Shown: positions 1-11,571 of the stretch, piece after piece
Layout of the letters: each line of letters starts with the position of its first letter
Numbering within the stretch: position 1 is the stretch's first letter
From: Octopus bimaculoides
Taxonomy: Eukaryota
Direction of reading: 5' to 3'
NCBI RefSeq assembly: GCF_001194135.2
Contig: NC_068982.1
Coordinates: 157,419,869-157,457,293, forward strand
Length of the DNA stretch: 37,425 nucleotides
Made by a program: the position numbers and the translations under genes
The notes under the pieces: generated by a model
What the model saw: only the letters and a program-made list of their open reading frames with translations
Database searches by the model: none
Told to the model about the DNA's origin: nothing

Positions 1-36
<36 letters not shown>

Positions 37-799
37 TAAGCAAATCTGCTGCTGAAAGCATCCATCTTCATGTTTGACAGTTCTTTGCTCGTGCAGCTGC
101 TTCGTTAAAGTTTATTGTGACTGTTAAGTGAACCAGAGCCACCCGAAGTTAAGTGGTCTTCCCCAAAAGGCAACTGGCTAACTAGGCTAGAAATCAAGCC
201 GCACGAGCAGATGTCATATGACACCTGTTCATACATACATACATACATACATACATATAAACAAAAATATTCTGCTGTTGATGTTGAAATTCTAATGAAG
301 GAAGTTTGGATATATGTTAGAAACTGGTTCTTTCTCTAATGGCAAAAAAATCTTGAAATAAACTGAATAATGATATGCATACATACTTATGCACGCACAC
401 ACATATATGTGTGTGTGTGAGTATATGTTTATATAACAACTGGCGTTGAACCAGCACACACACACACACAAACACACACATACACACACAGAAACGTGTA
501 GTACATAGTTTTAGTAGAGTGTAGAAATAATTCATTGAAAAGATAAGTAAATATTTATGAAAAAATATTGGGAATACTTTCTTTCATTACGTGGATATAT
601 CTGTTCATATGTTTCCCGAGATGTTTATATTGGATTGGCAACTAAGTTCCCGCCGGTTTTTTAAATTTTGGAATTTATATAAGTTTTTAGATTTTGGAAT
701 CTATTTTTTTTTTCGAGAATTCTATTTTTGAATCATTTTGGAATCTATTATTTTTCTAGTTAATTTTAGTTAATTTTTGTTTATTTTCAGATCATTAAA

Positions 800-1832
800 A
801 TGGAATATCAAGTTAAGAAAAACGAGCATTTTCGACACCTCCTTCTTTTTGCTTTTAATCAAGGTTCTAAGACCGCAAAAGATGCTCGCGACATTTGTGC
901 TGTGTATGGAGAGTGTACCATAACTGAAAGAACCGCTCCTGATTGGTATGCTAAGTTCAAAAATGGAAATTTTGACCTCAAAGACACACCTCGTTCTGGC
1001 CGTCCAGTTGAATTCGATGAAGACCAACTTCTGCACGAAAATTCTCGTCAAACGACAAGAGAACTGGCAGAGTAAATGGAATGCTCCCACACTGCTATAA
1101 AGAAGCATTTTCACTCGATGGGAAAGGTTCAGAAGTATGGTGCATGGGTTCCGTATGCTCTAAGTGACAACAACAAAATCAACGAGCCAGAATCTCCACT
1201 GGTTTGCTTGCTCGTCACCGCTCAACTATTGGACACAAGCAACGATTTCTTTACCGAATCGTTACTGGCGACGGAAAATGGTGCCTGTACATCAATATGA
1301 ATTAGCGTAAGGAATGGCTTCGCCCCGGAAAACGAGCGACACCGCGCGTGAAACAAGATCTTCCTCCACGTAAAAGGATGTTGTGCGTATATTGGGACTG
1401 GGAAGGGATTATCCATTATGAATTGCTTGAACGGAACCAAATGGTCAACGCAGAACTCTATGTTCAACAGATGGAACGACTCAATACGGCTATTTAAGAG
1501 AAAAGACCTAATCGTTAGCATGGAGTTCTGCTGCACAACACCAGCCCTCATATCGCCAATATGACCAAGGAAGACATTCAAATGCATAGCTAGGAAGTGC
1601 TGCCACACCCGCCGTACTCTCCTGATGTGGCACCAACGGATTTCCCCCTTTTTCGATCTCTTTTGAAATGCTATGTGCGGAGTTTCATTCAATACTGATG
1701 CAGAACTGAGAGCTTGGTTGGATCATTTTTTCCAGTCGAAATCGAGTGATTTCTACCAACGAGGTATTGAAAATCTTGTTGAAAGTTGGGAAGAATTAGG
1801 GTTAGGGTTAGGGTGAATACATTAATGATTAA
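800..1832 (+). pseudogene. Mariner transposase pseudogene
   Basis: HTH region MEYQVKKNEHFRHLLLFAF...RSGRP; WVPYAL (WVPHEL motif); VTGDGKW (TGDEKW); degenerate HDNARPH; HPPYSPDVAPTDF (YSPDLAP motif); ends GEYIND* at 1832. Several stops (e.g. 1073-1075) and frameshifts. Confidence 0.93.
1796..1813 (+). repeat. (TTAGGG)3 interstitial telomeric repeat inside the transposase C-terminus
   Basis: Read directly: ...GGGAAGAA TTAGGGTTAGGGTTAGGG TGAATAC... Confidence 0.9.
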
Positions 1833-1907
1833 TTAGTTGTTATTCTTTATTAAACTTTAAAAAAAATTTTAATTAAAAAACCGCGGGAGCTTAGTTGCCA
1901 AACCAAT

Positions 1908-2250
1908 ATTGGTCTTTATGGCACACGAGTTGTGTTTATTATGATGAAACAACAGTGAATGCACATTAAACGCTTCAGTTCGTAGTGATTCTGAATACCT
2001 ATAAAGATTTGCTTTTGCTCTCAAAGTGGCTGCTTGGCATTGGTTATGAGCATACCTGCACAGGTAAAGCAACAGTAAAGAATATGACATCAGGATCCTG
2101 TTACGACGTACTACTATTAGTACCAATAATGCTTTCAAGTTTTCGCACAATGCCAGCAATTTCGTGTGCTGGTGGGGGATAGGTCGATTAGGTCGACACC
2201 AGTGCTAAACTAGTACTTATTTTATCAACTCCGAAAGGATGAAATGAAAT
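1908..2250 (+). repeat. 343-bp direct duplication, copy 1 (partner 4014-4356)
   Basis: Collinear with 4014-4356 with about 5 substitutions by eye. Starts at the mariner right end and ends inside a SINE fragment. Confidence 0.92.
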
Positions 2251-2526
2251 TCTGGAAAATTCTGGAAAACGTTATATTTTATATTATAGTCCTGAGAGAG
2301 AGCTCTCAGAGACCTTCATATATTCAATATATAAACACAAAATTGCATAGAAATAGGCATATAAGTTTTTAGTAGTCTTTCTTCTTGGACTTTCACCCCA
2401 TTTCTGTTATTTTTCACCTTGCCTCACGATGGCTGATCAGTTGTTTTTGATGTTTTTCACACGATGATCCTGTCTGTCCGGTGAGTTGGTAATACTAAGT
2501 TGACAATTCTGCTGTAGCAGCCTCTG

Positions 2527-2597
<71 letters not shown>

Positions 2598-3080
2598 TAG
2601 AGAGAGAGAGAAAAAGAGAGAGAAAGAGACAGACAGAGAGTGAGAGTGAGAGAGAGTTTGTGTGTTATACAACAGACAGTCAGTAAGAGAACGAACACCG
2701 CAATGATGCAATAAAATGTAACACTATAATGTTTTAAAAGAGATGGGTTGACAATGAATACGAAACAACCAATGAATTCCTAAAATTAGAAAAGGAAACT
2801 ACGAAATACCAAATAAATTTCAATACGTAGTATTTTAGGAATTGGTTAATGAAAACGAGAGACGAGAACACGGGATGGAATGAACAATCCTCAATATATG
2901 AAAAACCAAGAAGTATCGGAGAAAAACAAAGCTTACCTAAGGATTGCAGTGGCGCGTGTCCTGAGCTGTGAATCAAACATTCCAGTTTTAATAAACAATT
3001 CACTCTACGAAGTATAATAACCGCTTTCATTATCTTCCGTGCTTAAGATGAAGTATTTGAATGCATGTATATACGTGGAG

Positions 3081-3400
3081 GTAGTGGTACTCCGTCGGTT
3101 ACGATGATGATCGTACCAGTTGATGCGATCAACGGAAGAGCCTGATCGTGAAATTAACGAGAAACTGGTTGAGCACTCCACAGACACGTACCCTTAACGT
3201 AGTTCTGAGGGAGATTCAGTGTTACAGAGAATGTTGCAAGGCTGGCCCTTTGAATTACAGGTACAACTCATCTTTGTCAGCTGAGTGGACTGGAGCAGGG
3301 TGAAATATAGCATGATGCTCAACGACACAACGATGTGCCGCCGTCGGGAATCGAACTCATGACCTTACGCTCGTGAGTCAAAAACTTCAACTAATTCACT
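3081..3400 (-). mobile_element. tRNA-derived SINE, family B (CORE-like central domain)
   Basis: Minus strand has B-box GAGTTCGATTCCC followed by TGTGTCGTTGAGC...TTTCACCCTGCTCCAGTCCACTCAGCTG. This head and core is shared with 22851-23135. Boundaries approximate. Confidence 0.7.
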
Positions 3401-4013
3401 TACCTTCGCTACGTATGCATATATGCCTGTAAAAATAGTTTTTGTATATGAGATGGTGCAGCAAAATAACCTTCTAAGATTCATAAGTATTCTATTTTTT
3501 TATTTCACTTTTTTTACTGATGTTGAGATCTGACGGAGAAGACGAACGATCAAACTCGTTCCTACAGTGACAATCACAGCTTTGTTTTTGTTAATAATAT
3601 GTTGTCCATATCATTTATATATTTTGTTTACAGAGAAAGAATAGATGCAGTCAATATGTCCTTTCTCTTTTAAAGCAGTAATTTTACATTTCAAAAACAT
3701 TTTTTTGTGTAATATTGAGCAGGTGATGCGATGATTGGAGGCTCCTTACTTAAAGTCTCATGTATACATATTTATAAGACAGAAATATTTAACTAGGCGT
3801 TCTGTGTTTGTTTCTCAAACAGATATAATTGGAGTTTTCCCAAAAACTAACATGGAGATATTTTCCTATTTCAGTTAGCATTATTAATTTATTTGCTTTG
3901 TTTAGCAAATGATAAAATCGTTACTAAAGCCTTTATGTTACTAGTTTCTGGTGGTGAAATATAAACTTCAATTTTACACCTTTCGAGAAAATGGTGTTAA
4001 CTTAGCAAGAAAC

Positions 4014-4356
4014 ATTGGTCTTTATGGCACACGAGTTGTGTTTATTATGATGAAACAACTGTGAATGCACATTTAACGCTTCAGTTCGTAGTGATTCTGA
4101 ATACCTATAAAGATTTGCTTTTGCTCTCAAAGTGGCTGCTTGGCATTGGTTATGAGCGTACCTGCACAAGTAAAGCAACAGTAAAGAATATGACATCAGG
4201 ATACTGTTACGACGTACTACTATTAGTACCAATAATGCTTTCAAGTTTTCGCACAATGCCAGCAATTTCGTGTGCTGGTGGGGGATAGGTCGATTAGGTC
4301 GACACCAGTGCTAAACTAGTACTTATTTTATCAACTCCGAAAGGATGAAATGAAAT
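4014..4356 (+). repeat. 343-bp direct duplication, copy 2 (partner 1908-2250)
   Basis: Same sequence as 1908-2250. Here the SINE at the right end continues to its 5' head. Confidence 0.92.
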
Positions 4357-4457
4357 GTAACGTAGACATCGGCGGAATTTGACCTCAGGAAATAAAGACA
4401 GATGAAATGTCGTTAAGCATTTTGCCCGGTGTGCCAACGATTTAACTCGCTCACTGC
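4285..4457 (-). mobile_element. SINE family A copy
   Basis: Reverse complement of the family A consensus (head ...CGTTGGCACACCGGGCAAAATGCTTAAC..., core TTTCATCCTTTCGGAGTTGATAAAATAAGTAC). Confidence 0.8.
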
Positions 4458-4474
4458 TCTTACTATTACTATTA

Positions 4475-4687
4475 ATAATCCTTTCTACTATAGGCACAAG
4501 GCCTGAAATTTGGGGGTGGGGGTGGTGGAGTAGTCGATTACATCGACCCCAGTACTCGACTAGTACTTATTCTATCGACCCCAAAAGGATGAAAGTCGAC
4601 CTCGGTGGAATTCGTACTCAGAACACGGAGAGTGACGGAATGACGCTAGATATTTTGTCCAGCGTTCTAACGAATCTGCCAGCTCTC
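4475..4687 (-). mobile_element. SINE family A copy, near full length
   Basis: Head GAGCTGGCAGATTCGTTAG, core, and tail CAGGCCTTGTGCCTATAGTAGAAAGGATTATT, all on the minus strand. Confidence 0.85.
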
Positions 4688-5347
4688 TACGTTCTCTACA
4701 TTGTTATTATTGCTTAATAACAATGAAAATGTTGAGGAGGGGGAGAAGCAGGAGAAGGAGTAGGGGAAGAGGAGGAGTATAACGATAATTTGATGGGCCT
4801 AAACAACATTTAGGACAGTACAAAGACAAAAGGCGGTGGGTATTTACTCAAACACAGGTAACCAATAAAAACAATTACAAATAACCAGAAAATTATACCA
4901 ACAAAAACCCAATGAAAGGAAACACCATTCAGAAGCGACCAAGGAGTCCCACGTCCCCTATTTCAACCACTGTTATTAACTTTTTACAGAATTTCGTATC
5001 GTTATCCGAGTGCCACGGTAGGTAACAGCGGTAGGCGATAAAGTCTGCCTCCATCTTCAGTCCACCCTCCGCCTCAAACAGATGACCGAAATGCCACTAA
5101 AAAGCTACTCTCATCCGTAGGAATCAAATAGCACGTGAATGATCCACCAATGTACGATTTGTGGTTTTGTGGGTGCGTTGCACTTATACCATCTGTGCTC
5201 ATAGAACAGCTTTCGTTTCTTCATACAACATGACATGCGTCTTAGCTCTGAACCCGTGCAGGGACAAACCTCACCGCCGGCACGTCACCTAACGGTGAGC
5301 AGAATTGTCATACTTATACATTTGAAGCGTTTTCATTTATTAAACGA

Positions 5348-5704
5348 TATGTTAACGTTGTGTGTTCAAATCCCGTCAAGGACAACTTTGCCTTTCCACT
5401 TTTCTGGGTCGATAAAATATGGAGTCAATAGTAACGACTATCACCTCTCCCATTTCAAAAAATTTGCTGGTACCAAAATTTGAAAAAGAATCGGGCAGTT
5501 GACCGAATCGTTAGCGCGTCGGACAAAATGCTTACAGCATTTGTTCTACTTTTTTACGTTCTAAGTTCAAATACTGTCGAGGTCTACTTTGCCGCTCACC
5601 ATTTCGAGTCGATAAAAATAAAGTACCAGTTGAGTACAGAGTTCGAAGTAATTCCCTTGCTCACCTCCACTCAAAATTGCTAAACTTGTGCCAAAATTGG
5701 AAAA
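5348..5704 (+). mobile_element. Two tandem diverged SINE family A copies (about 5348-5483 partial; about 5492-5704)
   Basis: B-box GTTCAAAT, core GTCGATAAAA..AAGTACCAGTTGAGTAC, tail variant TTGTGCCAAAATT(T/G)GAAA. Confidence 0.7.
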
Positions 5705-5772
5705 CACCCTCCTCGTCGTCGTCGCCCTCCTCCTCCTCCTTCTCATGATAATAATAATAATTTTTTTTTTCC

Positions 5773-5913
5773 CCACAAGGGGCTAAACAAAGAAGGGACA
5801 AACAAAGGGTTTAAGTCGATTACGTCGACCCCATTGCTTATCTGGTACTTATTTAATCGACCCCGAAATACTGCTAAGCATTTCGCCCGGCGTGTTAACG
5901 ATTCTGCCAGCTC
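5773..5913 (-). mobile_element. SINE family A with alternative tail (tail B), internally deleted
   Basis: CCCACAAGGGGCTAAAC... tail matches 22433 onward. The core joins directly to the head at GAAA, so the B-box region is missing. Confidence 0.8.
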
Positions 5914-5999
5914 ATAATAATAATAATTATTATTATTATTATTATTATTATCATTATTATTTTTATTGGCCTATGAGATAGCGGTTTAGCAAGTTCGTT

Positions 6000-6230
6000 T
6001 CATGATCGTAACGTCGTGCTTGCAATTTCTGAACCGGGCAGCGCAGTGGGTCCTTGAATAAGGTATTGCATTTCACTTGGCCCCAGCCTCCTCCGCTGAA
6101 AATCTGAGCCCACCGACTGATAGTACAAACCTCTCTTCTTCAGGCTGTCGTATGCTTCGCTGTGACACTCAGTCTTCCACTGGGTCAAGTGCAGAAGGGA
6201 ACGGTCATTTACTCTCGATAATATAAGGAA
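6000..6230 (-). other. Candidate coding exon, no recognised homolog
   Basis: GC-richer island. Acceptor GCTTTTCTTAGTTATTTCAG| is followed by a phase-0 open frame of 76 codons (FLILSRVNDRSLLHLTQWKTECHSEAYDSLKKRG...) to TGA, with AATAAA about 30 nt downstream. The other two frames close early. Confidence 0.3.
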
Positions 6231-6762
6231 CTGAAATAACTAAGAAAAGCATGATACAAGCTTCCAAGGTAAGACTAACAACTAAGGTTTCTTCTTCTCC
6301 TCCTCCTCCTCCTTCACATTATTATAATTGTTATTATTGTAGTTGTTGTTGTTCTCGTTGTTGTTGTTGTTGTTGTTCTTCTTCTTCTTCTTCTTCTTCT
6401 TCTCATTATTATTATTATTATTATCATCATTATTATTATTTTTATTATTATTATTTAGGGGAGGCGGGGTAGTATCACGTATGACCTTTCGAGAATCTCA
6501 CCAAATGGTGAGTCGATTTAGTCCGATTTTCACTATTAATATCAGTAGACTGAGGCCCATAGGGTGAACGTGAGTAGGGGGATTGGGTATTTGAAGACGT
6601 CTGAAGTACTAGGTAGAATATTTCAAAGGTTTAACTTTGAATTTGGAGGCAAGGGGAAATTATAGAAAAAGAACAGGGAAAAAGAAGGGATAAGAAAGAA
6701 ACAAACAGGGCAGGGTGAGTATGTATGTATGTATATATATATATATATATACACTCACACAC

Positions 6763-6797
<35 letters not shown>

Positions 6798-7178
6798 TAT
6801 ATATGTGAGTAAAAATAAATACAAAAAAAGGGTTTTGTATGATTGTGTATAGAGGAATATATTATCTTATTTAAAAGAGTTCCAACTCTGTCTGTTTTTT
6901 ATGTTTTTTTATTTATACTCTTGTAAAATTTATGTGGGATATAGAATATGGAATATATAATATATAATATAAAAAAAGATGGATGGTACAATGAAATGAA
7001 ATATTGAATGTCTTATTGAATATATGGAATATGTCTTATTGAATATATGAAATATTGAGTGTTCAATATAAAGGATTAAATATATAAATATATAAAAGCG
7101 AATAGGTATTTTCTATACCTTGTGGTATTTCATCATGGCCGGTATGACAGACTGTAACATACACATATATACATATAC

Positions 7179-7256
<78 letters not shown>

Positions 7257-7729
7257 GTATGTATACACACACACACACACACACACAGAAACATACATGA
7301 ATATACATACGCATATATTATCCATCTATCTATCTATCTATCTATTTATATATCTATCTATATATATATACTATATATATATATATACATTCTCACACAT
7401 GTGTGTGTATACACATACACTTAAGCAAGCGCGCACACAAGTGGGGGAAAGGGAGTGGGAGGGTGTATGATAAATTGAAGACAGAGGGAGAGGGAGATGC
7501 AGATGTGGTGAGAGAGAGAGAGAGAGAGAGGGAGTGATAAATGTTCTTGAAGAGAGAGAATCAAGTGAGAAATAAAGGAAAAGAGAAGCAGAAAGAAGGG
7601 GAGAGAAAGGAGAACGTGAAGGTGGGTTTGTCACTGAATGAACCATAAATGTTTAAACGCGATCTTTGGGTGTTGAGCAAATAATTTCAATCTTTCTCGT
7701 TCTGTTACTCCCTCCTTCTTACTCTTTTG

Positions 7730-7768
<39 letters not shown>

Positions 7769-9229
7769 TTTCTCTTTGTAAATAATTTAATGGCTTTACT
7801 CGAAGTATTTTTTATCGCTCAGAAGATGGCAAATGGTTTTTATATCTGACTTGGGAGTAAACAAAGAGAAACAAAGACAAAAGAAGCAAAAATACTTCGG
7901 AATAATTGGTTAACAGTTGATAGGAAGACGTACAGTTCAAATAACATTTCGTTTTAACCATATAAATGTTAAGATGTTATTTCCACCCCTCACTCCACCT
8001 CAAAAAGTAATTAAAATAAAAATAAATAATAATTATGATATGAGAGGGAGAGCGATAGAAAATCTAAAAAAGGTATAATTCAGTTCAACATTTATTTTGC
8101 TATTTTATTTGAAGGGTTGTTTTATTTTTATTTATTTATTTTTTTATTTTTTGTTAGGAGGATTGTTGTAGATGGACCTAAAATGAAAACATAAAAAGCT
8201 AAATTGACGTGCACATTTATATTTGGTTGCAGCTGAAACGTGAGTTAATAGGCGGATTTGTTTGGTGGGAAAGCGAATGTCGAAAGAAAATTAGTACCTT
8301 TATGGCATATGCAAAATGTTGTGTAATCAAACATTAATGGACAATTATTTTATAAATGAAAATATACATTAAATTTGAAATCCAATATAAGCCAAAATCC
8401 GAAACACTTCCTCAGTCTCTACTGAGGCATCCGCCTGAGGTGACGCTTTTATGGGGGCTGCGCTTTTCGGTTTACTGTGTTTGAGGACACCTTGTGGGGA
8501 AAAGTCAAGATCTGTACCGGATAGCACACACTCTGGCAACACCAGGGTACTTTCTGTGCCAAAGACACCTGTGTGCGCGCGCACACACAAACACACACAC
8601 ACACTATGACGCACAAATTAGATACCACTTGGTAAAAAGAATTGATGTGGAATCAAACAGAGAAAAGAATATTGATGGTTAAACGCCCAAAATTATCCAC
8701 ATATTTTATTAGCAGCCTCAATTGCAGTCGGGTTAACTGTGAAGAAACATTTCTTGGAAAAAAATATACCTGTCACCTATGTTTCGAACTCTCGAATTCA
8801 ACAACTACAACGTAAAATAAACTCACCAGTTTTTACTTCCAAATATGATACAATGATACAAAACAGGTGTGCAATAATTGCAATGTAATGATTTGAAACA
8901 GGTAGGAAATAACAAGAAATCAGAAATTATTCATTTTGACCCAGTTACCAATGTTGCCCCACTTCCATATAGTAATTTCAAGTGTTAGACAGAATGACGA
9001 AAAATAGAAGAAAAAATAAAAAATAAAAATGGCTTGATTTAATGAAAAGCATTTGAATATATATGTAATAGTTTTAAAACCGAATAAGAATGATTTTAGC
9101 TGTTGAGAAATGAAATTTTATAATTAAAACTAAATTCAAAATTTAAATTTTAGAACATTTCACTCTTTACTTGTTTCATAAAATAAGTCCAGTTTTCAAT
9201 GACTCACTGAAATAAGTTTAGAAGTAGAA

Positions 9230-9267
<38 letters not shown>

Positions 9268-9354
9268 CTTTAACTGTAATCGGTCAAGCCAAACAGGCAA
9301 AAGTAGTAAATTCCAGCGTTTCAACCATACCAACCCATCTTATTTTAAAGGACT

Positions 9355-9570
9355 AAGGCGGTGAGCTGACAGATCGTTAGCAGGCTGATTAAAATGTTTA
9401 GAGGCATTTCGTCCGTCTTTATGTTTTGAGTTCAAATTCCGTCGATATCTACTTCTCTTTTCAACCTTTCAGGTTCCACAAAATAATTATGAGGTGAACA
9501 CTGCGGTAGAGGTAATCGACTTACTCCCACTCCCGAAATTGCTGGCCTTGTGCCAGAATTTGAAACCAGT
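9355..9570 (+). mobile_element. SINE family A copy (diverged)
   Basis: AAGGCGGTGAGCTGACAGATCGTTAGC...GAGTTCAAATTCCGTCGA...GGCCTTGTGCCAGAATTTGAAACC. Confidence 0.8.
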
Positions 9571-9749
9571 TATTATATGTAGGACAACACTAACCTAAGT
9601 ATGCTTCTTTAGGACTGCAAAGTGTGTTTTATAGTACATTTGACTGCTACATTTAGCAGATCAACCTACCATCTATAGAGGCATTTTTTTTTAGCTCAAT
9701 TACAACTTGCGTTAATGTTAGGAATGTTGTAGTTGTTTAGTTCAGGTCA

Positions 9750-9915
9750 AGGCTGTGCGAATTAACGAAGTAGTCAGGACATCAAACAAAATGCTGGACT
9801 GTATTTATTGCAAATCCTTTCTTTCTGTGTTCGATTCCCGACGAGGAAAACTATATTTGTCCTCCTGTCGAGATTAATAAATAAAATGCAAATTTAAGGC
9901 AGTAGAGAACAAAAA
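9750..9915 (+). mobile_element. Older SINE-like repeat (partner about 10740-10885)
   Basis: TATTTATTGCAAATCCTT(T/G)CTTTCTGTGTTC(G/A)ATTC...ATAAATAAAATGC is shared by both loci. B-box-like GTTCGATTCC. Confidence 0.55.
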
Positions 9916-10164
9916 TCTTTGGAGCATCGGACAGGACATTTTACAATATTTATTTTGGATCTTTGTGTTCAAAATGGAAATCCAATCGCGGCCTAAATGC
10001 GAGTTATATTGAAACCGTCACCTTTATTGAAGAAATCTTCACCATGTCTTCCTGACCTACCTCTCGTGGAGACCTGTAAAATATAATGTGTACTACCCTA
10101 TCTCGTTAACAAATGATAAATAGATTTACGTTCGTAGGCGTTCCACTAATGATAATGCGATTAT

Positions 10165-10228
<64 letters not shown>

Positions 10229-10739
10229 CATACAAAGATAAGAGGAATGACCAGCAAAAGTGGACTCCTATATGCTAGAAATAGATGCCGAATCATCTAA
10301 CCACGAAGAAAATATATGTTCTCAGTAAAAATTTAGCGACACAACAGACTGTAAAAGGGTAAGACAAATGAAAAAATACTAAATGAAAAAACGATTAACC
10401 TACGTACCATGGTTTCACCTGTTAACATTTACCTAAGTAAATATCTGCAGGATCGTCAGCGTAGTCTGTCGATTTGCGATGTCCACTTTTGCTGGTCATT
10501 TCTCTTATTTTTGTATGTAATATAATTTTAATCTTCGGATTTTTTTATATGCTAGACCACTGGTTCAAATTGATTAATATCAATTTCTACCCTCATAAAT
10601 AAATTTATATATATATATATATATACAGTGTTCTTTGATGACAGACTTTATCCGATAAATGGGTTTTAACATACCCATTTAAAGTTTTAGTGATTTTAGT
10701 GAAGCACCTTTCTTTTGTAAACATCGGGTTAAGTTGCTG

Positions 10740-10885
10740 GGTTGTGAAATTTTCTCAACTGCCGCAAGAATTCGAAACAAAATATCATAAGGTATTTATT
10801 GCAAATCCTTGCTTTCTGTGTTCAATTCTCACATTCGGTTTCGATAAATAAAATGCCACTTTAGAGCAATAGACTACCAGAATGC
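10740..10885 (+). mobile_element. Older SINE-like repeat (partner 9750-9915)
   Basis: Same shared block as 9750-9915, with an internal deletion. Confidence 0.5.
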
Positions 10886-11047
10886 ATGCTGTTATACCTC
10901 TGCCTGTTAAATTATATAAAATATATTTAGCATTTCAAATAATTTCGTCGTAATACCTCTCATCTTATCTCTTTCTCTCCTTCTCCCCCTCACACTCTCT
11001 TTCTTTCAATCCCTTGTATTACCGTACGTCAGTGTTTATATATAGAC

Positions 11048-11571
11048 CAGCGGTGCTCAACTAATTTTTACTTACGGACCCCTTTGAGTACTATATTATT
11101 TCGGTCGACCCCCACAACCATTCAATGTTTAAAAGTTGTTTCTATAGATACGTCTTTCAAAATTCCCATTTTGATTTTTCCCACGTTTATGTGTATAGGT
11201 TTGCAATATCAGTCTCCGCGAGAACGCTTCTGTGATAGGAAGTATGCTGAATTATACATTATTTACATTATTACAATTGACGGATATTTGTCCTCATCTT
11301 GTCTGTTGTTAAAATCCGTCAATTGTAAATAATGTAAATAATGTACACAATTCCTCATCTCTTAAATATAGAACTGTATGTTGGATTATGTTAAACGTTG
11401 GAGAAAGAAGCCACGTTGTTTCTTGCAATAAACATGTCTAAGGCAGACATTTCTCATGGATCTTTAAAATAAGACTATGGATCCTCGATTTACCATTTGG
11501 CTTGCCTAAACCCCCAAAATATTTTATGCCCCCCCACCTAGTGTCATATGGACTCCGATTAAGAACCACTG
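11048..11571. mobile_element. Non-autonomous hAT (Charlie-like) MITE
   Basis: Termini CAGCGGTGCTCAAC and revcomp CAGTGGTTCTTAAT (10/14). Flanked by an 8-bp TSD, ATATAGAC (11040-11047) and ATATAGAT (11572-11579), 7/8 match. Confidence 0.75.
11255..11377. repeat. Fold-back (inverted) fragments of the 3' tail of the 17777-18100 SINE, nested in the hAT MITE
   Basis: Arms 11255-11285 and 11314-11345 are inverted copies with 1 indel. 11314-11377 matches about 18044-18098. Confidence 0.8.

Larger units (their letters stand above)
630..1906 (+). mobile_element. Full-length defective mariner (Tc1/mariner, DD34D type) DNA transposon, about 1.28 kb
   Basis: Left TIR TTGGATTGGCAACTAAGTTCCCGCCGGTTTTTT (from 630) and right TIR AAAAAACCGCGGGAGCTTAGTTGCCAAACCAA (to 1906) differ by 2 substitutions and 1 indel. 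TA dinucleotides flank both ends (628-629, 1907-1908). Contains a transposase pseudogene. Confidence 0.95.

Noticed and set aside
661-770. Repeated TTTTGGAAT(C/T)TA units in the mariner 5' region
   Set aside because: Probably a family feature or local slippage; cannot be evaluated without other copies.
2481-2486. Isolated strong splice donors (GTGAGT at 2481 and about 6716, GTAAGT at about 25416)
   Set aside because: No convincing acceptor and open frame pair with them.
6080-6175. Minus-strand peptide EERFVLSVGGLRF resembling a BTB/T1 domain start
   Set aside because: The frame is closed by stops on both sides within about 32 codons and no further domain sequence follows.
10656-10681. Short hairpins (9-bp stem here; 7-bp stems at about 8410 and 34600)
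   Set aside because: Expected by chance in 37 kb of AT-rich DNA, with no supporting context.
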